Below, one piece after another: positions 41,227 through 52,929 of a stretch of DNA of 64,000 bases; the first letter of the stretch is position 1, and every line of letters starts with the position of its first letter. The position numbers were made by a program, and so were the translations under genes. The notes beneath the pieces were generated by a model, which ran no database searches, was not told where the DNA came from, and saw nothing but the letters and a program-made list of their open reading frames with translations. The DNA is from Phoronis australis (taxonomy: Eukaryota > Animalia > Phoronida), in the NCBI GenBank assembly GCA_002633005.1, contig NMRA01000644.1, positions 62,001 through 126,000 on the forward strand. The letters run 5' to 3'.

Positions 41227-44200
41227 ATGAAAAGATGTGTTTGCGGAGGCTGCAGCAACAGCAGCCAGACAGAGAACGTCTCGGTTTCAAATTTCCTAAG
41301 GACAACAAACTTTCGCAGAAGTGGCACCTCAGCGTGCACCAAGCGATTCGGTCCCGGGCCACTCTGTGTTCTGCTCACTTTGAGGACTCGTGTTTCGACT
41401 CCAGTCAGAAGAGACGTTACGATGAAGGCCTGGCCACTTAGTGAGTGCATTTTGTTATTTTTTCAATAACAAATATATAAAATAGCCAAACTGAAACGAT
41501 CTACGGCGCCTCATACTGTCACGCATGCAGCTACCCCTTCATCGATGTCTTCCTCACCTGGCCTTCTGTGCTCTTGGGACACGCAAATCATCATAGAGCC
41601 CATCAGGCGAGATGCAGAGACGCAAACAGAAATTGCTGGTAATTTGTTTGAATGATCATAGAGTAGAGCGCCTCTCTTTTACAAATACTTAATTACTGAG
41701 TTTGCTTGAAAGCATATTTCATTTGTATGCTATTCATGGATAAAGCCTAATGAGCAGGGTTTGTTACAATTGACGGGCATATAGGGCACAATTTTTAGTC
41801 CTCAGTAACAACTGTACAATAAAACGAGAGTTCATACCTTATGGGCCCCATGGATTCTTGCTGGTTACGAGCCAAATTTAGTTGGCACTCTATGTTGCTT
41901 CGAAATTGCTAAGAAACGGTGCTCTGGACATAATACATAAATGAAGGATTTGATCTAAAACACTGGTCTCTCTGACTCAGATGGTTAGTGGTTTTTGGGC
42001 TCATCATCACTATTCCCCAAATGTCGTTTTTTAGAACTTTTTATTTTTTAAGATAGTGACCTTGAAGGGTGGATCGAGAGGGGACATTTGCTGTCATCTT
42101 CTGTAGCTGCTCCATCAACTCCAGTACTTGTGCCGCCCTTGCATGTTGAGGTAGAGCTGGAAACGTGCCCCACATTGTCCTTGGTCACCACAGAGTCTTC
42201 CTTGGTAACCACAGAGTCTTCCCTGGTCGCCACTGAATCTTCCCTGGTCACCACAGAGTCTTCCCTGGTCAACACAGAGTCTTCTCCTTTCCCGGCCACC
42301 ACAGAGTCTTCTCCACCCCTAGTACCTCTGGAGTCTTACTTGGAATCACCAGATTCAGGCTCGTCGTACTCTCCTTCATCTGAAGAGGAGTCCAGCCCAG
42401 AAAAGCGGCCCAAGTAAGCTTCTGTCGCAAAACTCCATGCATGAGTGCACGCTCCTAATTGTGGAGCTGCTCCTAATTGCAGAACTTCCGTACAGCTGCC
42501 TGTATGTGAGACATTTGAGTTGCAAAAATCTTGCAAAAACATTATATTATTTGGCTTATAGTCGCATGCGCTACATGCGTGACTTAAGCAATGACTAGTT
42601 AGCCTCGTACACAATAGGTGGATCTGAAAATGGCATGTCTGACAAATAAGCAGATCTTACCAGTCACAACTGAAACTTTGTTTATAGTTGCCTTCATGGT
42701 TAGTGTTTGCGTTAGCCACTTATTCTGCCTAGGTTTCTGTGGTATTTATAATAATTTACAGCAGCCCTTGTTAATTTTGACATTTTTTCTACGAAATACA
42801 AATGTACTTAAACATTGCATTTATCATGTTTTTCAGGAAATTACCCAAGCCAGACTTTATCGAATCTGATGACCATCGGAAGTACATCGTGTATGAAACA
42901 TGTCTCTTGAAGCTCTTTGATGTTTGCCGGGTGTGAAGGAACAAGGCTTCTCCTCAGATCATAAAAATGATCGGCACATTGGTTGTTATTCAACAAGGCT
43001 GCACCCGTATCAGCTGTCCTGGTTACACATGGCATTCGCAGCCATTCGTGCAGGACTACCCCAAGGGAAATCTTCTGCTGTCGGCTGCCACCCTGTTTAG
43101 CGGCTGTTCGATCTCCAAGGTACAGAACCTGCTTAGATTCTTTGGAATCAAAACTTACCATAACAACACCTTCTTCCGGCACCAGCGCCTGTTTCTTCAT
43201 GACGCTATAGAAAAAGTGTGGGGCGACCTGCAGGAGGAGCTACTCCTCAGTTTACCTCCTGAAATACTTATAGGAGGCGACGCAAGATGTGACAGGTAAT
43301 TACTCACTATATTTTGTTGGTTTGTACTGCAGTGGTGACTTCCTGTTCATATCAGGACGGGTATGATAAATTAGAAACTCTGTAAGTGTTAGGATAGCAG
43401 TTATGTACATAATAATTTGCTGATTGCTTTGAAAGTCTGTGCTCTGTGCTGCAAATGATAGCCTGATCGTTAGAAGTGACAAAATATTTTTTCACATAGA
43501 CTAATCTTGGGGATATACTGTTTTCTTATTTTGTGATATATATCTATTTTCTTTCATTGCAGTGAATTGCTTTAATGATAACAATTATTAATAGCCTGGT
43601 TATATATTTAGCAGTGAAAGTAGAATAATATCTTAATTCAGATAAAGTCTTTTAAAATAGTAATAATCTGACCGATTCTCATTGCCGTCACGTCATATTT
43701 TAGCCCTGGTCATACTGCAAAATATAGGAGTTACACGCTGATGGACCTTGAGCGCAACAAAATCTTAGCAATGGAGCTTGTACAGGTAATACACATGTCA
43801 CGGCATACTAAAAAAAGGTTGACCTTCATACGTTGAGTAAAAAGGTGTTGTCAAGTAATCCACCATTACTCCTTTTGCTACCCTTTGTGTCGCACTTTGA
43901 TTCTACTGATGCTCTGCTCGTCATGTTTCACATATTGTTTAGTTAAGTTAACATTTTTCAAGTGCATCCAAATATCACTTATACTTTCAAAGTGCTACTA
44001 CGTTATAAATTAAATACTGTGTGTTGGTAATGCAAGCCATTAGGCACATTGTTTTGGTTAAGAAATAAATTTTTGTTTATCTGCCGTGTTGAGCTTAAAT
44101 TTAAGTAACTTTAAGATATCAAATTGATTTTCTACTTGAAGTTAATGAATCATTCTTGTAGCTGTGTCATTTCTGATATACCAATGTGGGCACATATTAT

Positions 44201-46516
44201 ACTTCATAATACTCTTGCTTACAGAAAAATGAGGTTGGTGGCTCCTATCATATGGAATTGGAGGGGTTGAAGAGGTGCAAGCATAAGTTATTTGCAAAGG
44301 CTTCACCAGCAAAAGTCACCATAGTTACAGATCGTCACCCTCAAATTAATGCGTGGATCAGGGACTACTGGATGCCTGATGATCATTTTTGACATCTGGC
44401 ATGTTTCCAAAGGTAATTGGAAGGCGAAATGTTTCTGATTGACTGTGGTCTTGCCTTTGCTCCTTTGACTTGTGAAAATACTACTTGATATGTCTTGCGC
44501 ACAATTGTAGTAGTACTTTGGTGGAAATTGGAAAACAATCCAGATCAACTGGTAGTGAAGGGAAGACTCCAATGAAGTATAAGACTACAGAACAGTCAAT
44601 CGTCAACTAAAACTTGATATTTCAAGGATATGTGGCCTAATAGAAACAACCCAACTTCTTCTAAAACTGTGATATTTCAAGGATATGTGGCCTAATGTTC
44701 ACGAGATATGCAATGGTTTTCAGATAAAGTGTCAAGTATTGCTTCATTATAGGCCTGAACAAAAAGTTGGTTGTAGTGGGGAAGAAGTATCCTGATGTAA
44801 AGTCCTGGTGCCCAGCTATCAATAACCATCTCTACTGGTGTGCTACGTCCAGCGACGGAAATGGCGAAATGGCGTTGGAGAAGTGGAGAAGTCTATCTAA
44901 CCACATTATGGACATCCACATTCATGATAGTCCACTTTTTCCAAAGTGTGCCCACAATGAGTTGCAACCGAAACTCTGGTTAAAGCCAGATATAACTGAT
45001 TGCCTGTAGTAGTGTTGCTATGTTGAATGTGGTTATGAATCTTTTCATGAAAGTCACTGAGCAACATCTTTTAGTCATTTATTTTTACCAGCAGTTTATT
45101 TTCAGTAACATATATTGTCTAATGTCTTGCCTTGATGGTTCACATACAGTGCATGCCAAAAGAATTTGAGTGAAATACGGTTTCCCTGTACTCGCTCGCA
45201 ACAACTGGTCACTACTGCTACACTGTTGCTGAATCCACTTTCCATTAAGCCTTGATTTTTTTGCTCAGCCACCAAAACAGGGAATTCGTGGTCAGTTTGT
45301 CTGAATATTTTTGGCATGTACAGTTGTTGCCGTTTTGGTTTCTCAGTCTTTTATGTGATCTAACTTTTGCACAGGTACTCAGCAGTATGAGGAACTTCTG
45401 AAGATACTGGAAAGCCGGCAGCTTGAAAAAGATGTGAAAAGACTCTCACCACATGGCCAAACAGCATCTTTGGAAGCTTTTCATGCTGTGGTGAATGAAT
45501 TTGCCCCCAAGATGCGTCACTTCCATTTCAATTCTATGAATAGCAGGTAATCCATGATCCCAAGAAATGTGCTGCATGTAAAATAATAATTCCAACTGTG
45601 AATCATGGTCTTTTACATTACTGATTGAATGGTAAGATGGATGAATAAATCTTGAGTTGCAATAGCATCACAAAAAGCAGATAGATTAAAGCAATTGTAT
45701 CCATAAACGTAGTACATTTCACCACCGCCAAGATATTATCTCCTAGTACGTAATAGAAAAAGAGATTAATAATATGTGGTTAGTTATTGAAGAGTGAGAT
45801 AAATAGTAAGCTCTGCTGTATTACACTACAAAGTTCATTCGAAGTTGTCCCTGGTCTCAAATACCTTCTTATATCATTTTTAATAGACTCATCTTGGCTA
45901 ATCTTCACTACAATGAAAACGCTGGACGAGCATTTGCTCGGAAGCACGATGGATCCTTACTGTGGAAGAGCAGCTTTGAGCGTGGAAAGGCTGGTCAACC
46001 CGTTGCGCGTGCTGCAAGAGTAGAGGCCACATATGGTTTGTACTAGCGAAATTCAGAATTAGTTGTCAAAACTGATATTAATTAATCTGTTTTAGTTAAT
46101 GTATGTGCACAATGACTCCATGCTGAAAACAGCAAAACTTCACTTATTTTCTTGTACGCTTTTGTTAAGAAACAGTCTGGACAAATAACAAATCAATTAT
46201 TTGCAGTGTTGTATGGAAAAGTATAATGGGCAAAACCAACTTGCCATCAAAACTATTTGTAGTCCAGTCCTCTTTTCTTGCAAATCCCATGATCGAGAAG
46301 TGGTTCAATCAGGAGCCTTCAGTTACTATACTTTGTTACAGAATATGTTTCGAAGTTGATCCAGACCATGTTCTACTTGGTCGATCATCCTTGCTTCACG
46401 TCTCCGTGACTTGAGAGTCCAATGCCCCAGAGCCGCTGTCGACAGACTATCCAGAGGTGGACACTCTTCAAGTGGCCGAGGCTATGAGGAGCAGGTATCC
46501 TCAAGTCTACCAGTGA
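41227..46516 (+). pseudogene. Kolobok transposase (THAP zinc finger plus DDE), 10 exons, several lesions
   Basis: Exons: 41227-41440, ~41475-41638, 42053-42413, 42837-43295, 43704-43785, 44225-44412, 44753-44989, 45375-45546, 45887-46035, 46342-46516. THAP: MKRCVCGGCSN..FP..W..LCSAHF. Catalytic motifs GGDARCDSPGH, VTDRH, DIWHVSK, NHLYW, TASLEAFH..FAPK, LHYNEN. Lesions: frameshift ~41285, TGA 42934-42936, frameshift ~44388, donor GT>AT at 44990, frameshifts in the last exon. Confidence 0.88.
42178..42311 (+). repeat. In-frame 21-bp coding minisatellite (SLVTTES)x5-6
   Basis: TCC(C/T)TGGTCACCACAGAGTCT tandem units inside transposase exon 3. Confidence 0.9.
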
Positions 46517-46834
46517 GCATCTGAGGACTGATATGTTGAACAGACATGCCCATGTATAATAGAAATGTAATGCTCTTTAAACATCTATTAGAACTTTTAC
46601 GGTGTTTTGTTTCACAGTCAAGTAAAATTGTTATGCATCTAAATGAATAACAGCAATAGCTAACAAATGGTTTACATCACACTTGGAGGTTTTGCACTGC
46701 TGGTGGTTGCTATTATAATATAGAAAGAGTCATGTAATATGAAAATACTGTGAAAAGTGTTTTGCTTTTACCAATACCCAAGCTTAAATATACAATACTG
46801 TTCATTAAGGACACTTCATTCTGCATTGTAATAA

Positions 46835-48622
46835 TTAATCAAAAGAAAAACCTGTAAAAACAAAATCCTCTTCATTGCCAGGTGGTGGATAATGTGCCCG
46901 GATCTTGGCAACAGCACATGCAGGCACAACGACTCTGACTCGCCGTCCCAAAAATCCATGAACCCATCGCTGAAATTGCCGATACGCGATGTGCCGCATT
47001 TTTTTCTCAAATGGCCCCTCATACCCATCAGGGTAGTGAAATTTGTACTCCCCCCAGCTGGTCTCTAAAACATCTTGGTTTAAACAAACGGGGTCAAAAC
47101 CCGCTGAGTTCGTGATGCATTTTCTTGGTTCAGAGACGACTTCTCTCTCCACTTCTTTCTGAAGCTTTGCCACCACTTTTACCACCTCTTGGCAACAGAC
47201 TCTTTCAGCTACAACAGGGGTAACTTGGCAATTGCCACACTTGCACCTGAAGTTAGAAATTTATTGAGTATTGACAAGAAATTGTAGTTTTTCCTTTTTG
47301 AAAGTGAACAACAAATTCATAACACAAAACTGAATTACGATTGATTGCAATGGACAATTATTACTAATTTCAAATTGTCTTTCAGTGACCAACAATTGAT
47401 GCTTGGCACACTTTTCGTGAATGCAGATAATTCAGGGGTGGATCCAGGATTTTGAGTTGGGGGGAGGCAGTGGCGGATCCAGAATTTTTAGTTAGGGGGG
47501 CCAGAACAGAGTATTCAGCATTTTTGTCGTCAGACATTCGCACCACCGAACAGCCAAATGTAATCTGGGAGAATTTTAGGGGGGCCTTTTACCCCGCTAA
47601 ATCCACCACTGGGGGGACAGGGTACAAGAAACGAAACCAAGAATTTTGCGACATGCGCGCACCCAGCCTAAAATGGAAGTGTGCAGGGGTTTTGAGTCTT
47701 TGGGTTTATTACTAAAAAAATGTAAATGGGGTTTGTTCAAGGGTAATACTCATCACCCGAAACTGCCTAATGTTATCTGGGAGAAATTTAGGGGGGAGGG
47801 TACCCTGTCTACAACGTGCCATTGAAGCATCCCACATCGATCATTGCTCATGAATTTTGGGTTCCCCTCCCATAATTCTGAACTTGTATCTCAGTGTGTC
47901 AAAAATACACATTGCGGGTGTGGAAAAAGTTGACAAGCAAAAAAGTACAACCCTAACAACCCAGTCTGGCTGCCGTTCTTTGACACTGTGTCAACTGTTA
48001 CGATTTGTATACTAGCCACCCCCTGACTGAACCAAAGGAGACGATCTAATAAACAAGCCAGATGCAATTTTGGCAAGAAGACAGTTGTAAAATACAAGCA
48101 CGTAAGAAAATTTAGTCGGAACAAAAACATTTAACGATGTGTGCTTCGCACAATCCCTTGCAAACGCACATTTTTGTTAGGCGACCCGACGCAGTCCGGC
48201 CAAACAAATAAATCAATATGGCGGTCACTGGCACTATAGGCTATATCGGCAGAAAAGCGACTGCCGAGTGGTTGCGCGAGGCACACGTTTTACTGAGGCG
48301 AGAAGAGACTGTTAAAACCCAAGAATCTCGGTTCAATAAAGGACAATGACAATATTTACCATTCAGAAACATCGGCTCTGTATTCAAGACCGTCTGTTGG
48401 ATGACTGGGTTGACTCGCCGAGCCCGCTTCTCTCGCGGGAGGATCCAGTTCGTAAGGCCTCAAAGTAGAAAAGTCTGCAGCCGGAGGCAAATCAAACTCG
48501 TTCTCGCTTTCGTGCAACCCCATTTCCTCATCCTGGCCACTATTCCCGTACGTTTCTTCATAGTATTCGTTTAATTCTTGCTCATAATCGTAGACGCTTT
48601 CAAATTCCCTACTCTCCGCCAT
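46835..48622 (-). CDS. KolX: KolX accessory protein, P2X7 ballast/nanor-like Cys-rich domain, intact 224-aa spliced ORF
   Basis: Exon 1 48622-48360 (donor TG|GTAAAT), exon 2 47246-46835 (acceptor cttcag|), 675 nt in total. Acidic N-terminus with PYELDP, then WCKCGNC..ERVCC..CIT..F..VCLN..MRHIAYRQF..W.HG.LG...R..VPACAVAKIR..YP..FTGF. Confidence 0.9.
47433..47640. mobile_element. Small MITE (47468-47611) nested in a related MITE inside the KolX intron
   Basis: CAGTGGCGGATC..ATCCACCACTG termini with G-rich flanks GGGGGAGG/GGGGGACA. The outer element starts CAGGGGTGGATCCAGG. Confidence 0.55.
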
Positions 48623-49840
48623 TGTTCAATGCTAGTCACTGATATCTTGTGTTCAACCCATCACGTCACACGGCGGGAAATGTGAAAATTAGCAAACTTG
48701 AAAGAAAAATCAAAATTTCGAGCTAATTACACATAATTAACATGGGTTTAGCTAAATTTGACGTCATACATTTAGTCTGTGGCCACCGGTAATTCAAAAT
48801 GTGCAAAAATCCATAGTGTGTGTGCTGTTTAAATCGGTCAATTATGTAAATAGCCTTACACTTTCCATTGATTTTTAGGGCTCTAGGTGAATAGATTTAA
48901 AATGTTTATAAATGGAACGAGGAGTTGAGCCTAAGATATGGAGAAAACAGGTAGAAACCGAAGGTGGATTAGTTGCTCGCTGACGTACAGAGTCATTTAC
49001 CCTCGACCATAGATTCAAGTGTAGGAAGTTTAACGGAAGTCATTAAATTATTCGCAGCGGACATGTTAAAAACAAAAGTGAACATATCTTATAACCCAGT
49101 TAATAGTTTTCCCAAATGGTTTGACGCTGATTGTAGGGAAATGAGAGTAGTTGTTAGGCAAAAATAAAGTAATTTTAGATTCAGTATTGGAACACAGAGA
49201 GAAAACTATATACATGTACATGTATGTACATGCTATAATGGATTATGGAAATTTAAAAAAATGAAACAGATAGAGTGTAACAAAAAACATTACAAAAATT
49301 TGAAATCAGCTGTGGAGAGTAAAGACAGTAAAAAATTCGGGCGCATATTTAATATTAGGAAGAAAAGTATATCGACTAATATTACTTCAGCTCTCTGTTT
49401 GAAGGCAACTATTTTGTTTCTAATCCGGAGTTCGCTGAATTACATGCTTTTATTGAGAACTCAGTAAAAAATGACATCAATCCAAGTAATGCAATTGTTG
49501 ATATGGAGATGGACGCTGAGATCACAGAAGACGAAAGTATACAAACCATCGGTAGTATGAAAGACGGCACTTCGCCAGGATGTGATAAAATTAGCATTGA
49601 GTTCTACAAGTATGCTGATAAAAAGTTGGTAGATTCGCTGTTCCACCTATACAACTATTTTTTAAATGGTGTGTTTCCAAAAGAATGGACAAAATCCATT
49701 AAAGTACTGGTATTTAAGGGCGGTGCCAAAATTCCTTATGCAAGTCACAGCCAAAATATTCGAAAAATATTGTGCCAGCGACCTCAAAAATGGTTGGAAA
49801 GAGAAAACGTAATTAGTATGTCTCAAGATGTGTTTATAGT

Positions 49841-50557
49841 CAGCGGGCCAGATCTCATAGCGTTCATCCTTGTGAGTACTTTGGGGGGGGGGGCAACCTA
49901 GTTTTTCTATGAGGCTAGATAATATACCTATAAACCAAATTCCAAAAAGTTCCCATGTCTACACTTGCACATTTTTTTAAAAAAGGTGTTTTTGTTGCAC
50001 AAAATATGATGCACATTCCTGCNTAATCCTATGGCGTTATACTGTGGGTGGGATTTTAAAGCACCTTAAGTCAAAAATTTTTGAGAAGGTTAAATGGAAT
50101 AGATTGTTGCAAACAACATGCCCAAATTAATTACTTAGGTAGCTGCAATGATAATTAAATTAAAGTGCCTAAGTGGCCATCGTCGCCATCGAAATTTGAG
50201 GACGATGGAAGCCACTGTTCATTTCGTCAAACGTCGATTACCTTAAGTGTAAATTGATTTACTATGGTTTGAGCATCTGATTTAAAAAAAAATTAAACTT
50301 CAATCACTGCACTGGTATATCAGCTGATTTATTTTCAGTTGCATCAACTGATCTAACTATTAGACGATCAACATTATTAGGCGACAGATCAGACAGCATG
50401 TAAATTTGTTAGGCTGGTGGTGGATCAGTTCCTGATAAGTCCGTCTGAAAAAGTTGCATGCCAACTCACTCATAGTTGAATGTTAAATTAGTGTTAACAG
50501 TTCGGATATTTTTCAGTTGGACTTGTATCGCAAGCAACAGCTCAGTCCAGAGCCCTG
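49841..50557. mobile_element. Non-coding insertion interrupting the LINE RT (hAT-like CAG...CTG termini)
   Basis: RT similarity stops after SQ..F at about 49840 and resumes before AFLDF at about 50560. Termini CAGCGGGCCAGA / TCCAGAGCCCTG. No clean TSD. Confidence 0.5.
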
Positions 50558-52173
50558 AATATGCAAATGAAATTCAAAGATAAAGACCTTGTGGTGCTTT
50601 CCTGGATTTTATAGCAGCTAATGACAGTATATTATACGGAAGCGCATTACATTTTAAATTAAAGAACAATAGCATAGAACTTAAGGTGTTATGTATAAGA
50701 TAATCAAAGCAATGTACGCTTAAGTAAAACCGTACGTGAGATTGAATAACGGGAGGTACACGGAGTTCTTTGATTGTCATAATTACACTGTATCTAAAAC
50801 AAGGCTCTCAGCTATCACCGTTTTGTTTATATTATTCATAAACGATATCGGGCAAGAATTAGAATAAGGTGGCGGTGAAAAATTTTCCGTGGGATAAGAT
50901 GAACTATTGCATCTGTTGTTTGCTGATTATTTTGATTTTATTTTCTTATAGATTGAAAGGGCTGCAGAAAAAAATTGAACATTTTGTATGAGTATTGTCA
51001 GAAATGGAAATCGATTGTTAACATGTCGAATACTAAGATAATTGTTTTCAGTAAGGTAGAATGTTACGATCGTATAAAAAATGAACGTATCACGGGAAAA
51101 CTGTTAATATTATAAATGCATATAAATATTTAGGATTACTGTTTACGGCAAAAGGTTCGTGGTGTTGCGCACAGAAAACTATCATTACAGGCTACTAAAG
51201 CAGAGAATTTAATGAGGAAAAATGTCAACGGTTTTAATGCACACCGTGTTAAAGTTAGTTTGAAATTATTCGATTGTAAAATATTGCCGATATTTCATTA
51301 TGGCTGTGAGATCTGGGGTTTTAGTGATTGCGAATGTGGTGAAATAGTCCACAAAATTTTTTAAAGAAATTTTGATTTTGTCTAGCACGGCAATTTCGTC
51401 GACTGTTAGAGGTGAGTTGGGTCGTTACTCCTTGAGTGCTTATCGACTTCCTAGAATTATGAAATATTGGTTAAAACTATTAAAAACCGATGCTTAAAAA
51501 ATTACATATCATTGCTAAGAATGGCAATATAATATGACGGATAATGCTGATAAACCATGTTGGGTTAATGATGTTAAGAAATTACTATTTTAGTTTGGTT
51601 TTGGAGAAGCATGGTACAATCAGGGTGTAGGTTCCGAGACAAGCTCCAAATCACTTTTGAAAGTAAGATACAAAGATATTGATCAGCAAAATGGCAAGAA
51701 ATTTTGAACAATTCGATAAAGTTGGAAACTTACAGATCATTTAAGTTAAATATATGTTTTGAAAACTATAGACGTAATTGACAATGTAAATGTTAGATCT
51801 GATATAGTAAGATTAAGATGTTCAGCGCATGCACTAATGATTCGAAATGGTAGACACTTGAAACTTAGCAGATCAGAAATGTTATGTCCTCTCTGTATTA
51901 GGACATATGTCGAGTCAGGACATCACTGTGTTACCGAATGTTCATTCTACGATTACCATAGGAGATGGTATTTGCCTGCATGGAGCTACAACAATCCCAA
52001 TGTTACAAAATTCAACAGACTCATGACTGTGGAGGAAAAAGACCTTATATGATCAACATGTAAATATGCTCATTTCGCATTCAAGCGAAAAGAACTCAGT
52101 TTACTTCTAGTGTACGACACTTACCTTTATTGCATTTGATGATTTGATTGTAACAAGGGCCGGAGGCCTAGTT

Positions 52174-52178
<5 letters not shown>

Positions 52179-52222
<44 letters not shown>
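52179..52222 (+). repeat. (TA)n microsatellite forming the LINE 3' tail
   Basis: About 20 TA units directly after the LINE 3' UTR. Confidence 0.9.
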
Positions 52223-52223
<1 letters not shown>

Positions 52224-52929
52224 TTTGTATTATTAGATAAGCCTGAAATATCTCTCAAATAAACGGAGTCAATAAAATAATTTCAGTCAAACCTCCTTAA
52301 TGATACCAACACGAAGATGTGAACCAATACACCACAGCAAGGCATTGAGCAGTCTGTGTTATTCACTACTAATTTACAGACTGCTACCGTCCAAAGAAAA
52401 CCCTGATTCAATGAAAATTGAGTGTTCTGTTTGATTTAACGAATCCAATCAATTACTCGTTTATAATTTTCTAGTAATAGTTGTGAATAATCGTACAGGT
52501 GAGCGAACATTGCGACGGACAGTAACTCACTGTTTAGATTAAAAACAATTATCGTCGTGAATAAAATCCCCAATGGGGCCTACATCAAAACTGTGGGAAC
52601 TGTAGCTAGGACCACACGATAACTTCTAACAATTCGTGACTCAGATTTTTGTACAATTCATCCAGAAAATTCAAAAACTATGAGCGAGGTAGTAGTAGAC
52701 GACAAATAATGCTGGCCTGTAGGCTACTACATTCTGGCAGGGGGCATTAATCTTATTGTTTTTCTACCCAGTTCACTTAAATTCATAGCACACTTAAATC
52801 GTGGGTGATATACTAACGTGTCGCATTGCCAAGGGAACTATTTTTTACCTTTATTCGAACGATTCTGACCAGAATCGAGTTAACGCCGTCTTGCTACTGT
52901 CCACGGCCCCCGACGTGAGCTCCCACCAG

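Larger units (their letters stand above)
41000..48828 (+). mobile_element. Full-length two-gene Kolobok DNA transposon
   Basis: TTAA at 40996-40999 and 48829-48832. Removing the element rejoins the LINE APE domain. Short imperfect TIRs (AGTGTACACA.. / ..TGTGTGCTGT). Convergent THAP-DDE transposase and KolX genes. Confidence 0.9.
37800..52222 (+). mobile_element. Near full-length decayed APE-type LINE (RTE-X-like) split by three nested insertions
   Basis: ORF1 at 37928-38800. APE at 40230-40999 (GDFNART, NGSSVVDY) resuming after 48832 (HFPL). RT fragments SPGCDKI, FPKEW, AFLDF, KQG..LSPFLFILFIND, LLFAD. C-terminal RLRCSAH..GR..LCPLC..VE..H..C. Ends with GGGCCGGAGGCCT and a (TA)n tail. Confidence 0.85.

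Noticed and set aside
42934-42936. Selenocysteine read-through at TGA codons in Cys positions (also near 59550 and the four TGAs in 8636-8849)
   Set aside because: TGY>TGA is a single substitution, the same genes have frameshifts or non-TGA stops, and no SECIS was recognised. Decay is the simpler explanation.
44607-44696. Direct repeat GATATTTCAAGGATATGTGGCCTAAT x2 in a transposase intron as a TSD or regulatory element
   Set aside because: Most simply a local tandem duplication. The 20-30-bp intervening sequence has no element features.
46835-47246. Host P2RX7 purinoceptor gene
   Set aside because: No transmembrane or ATP-binding ectodomain exons. The ballast-like domain has its own acidic first exon and lies inside TTAA-bounded transposon ends.
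41000-48828. KolobokP-type long terminal direct repeats
   Set aside because: The left and right few hundred bases are not direct repeats; only a short inverted subterminal motif is shared.
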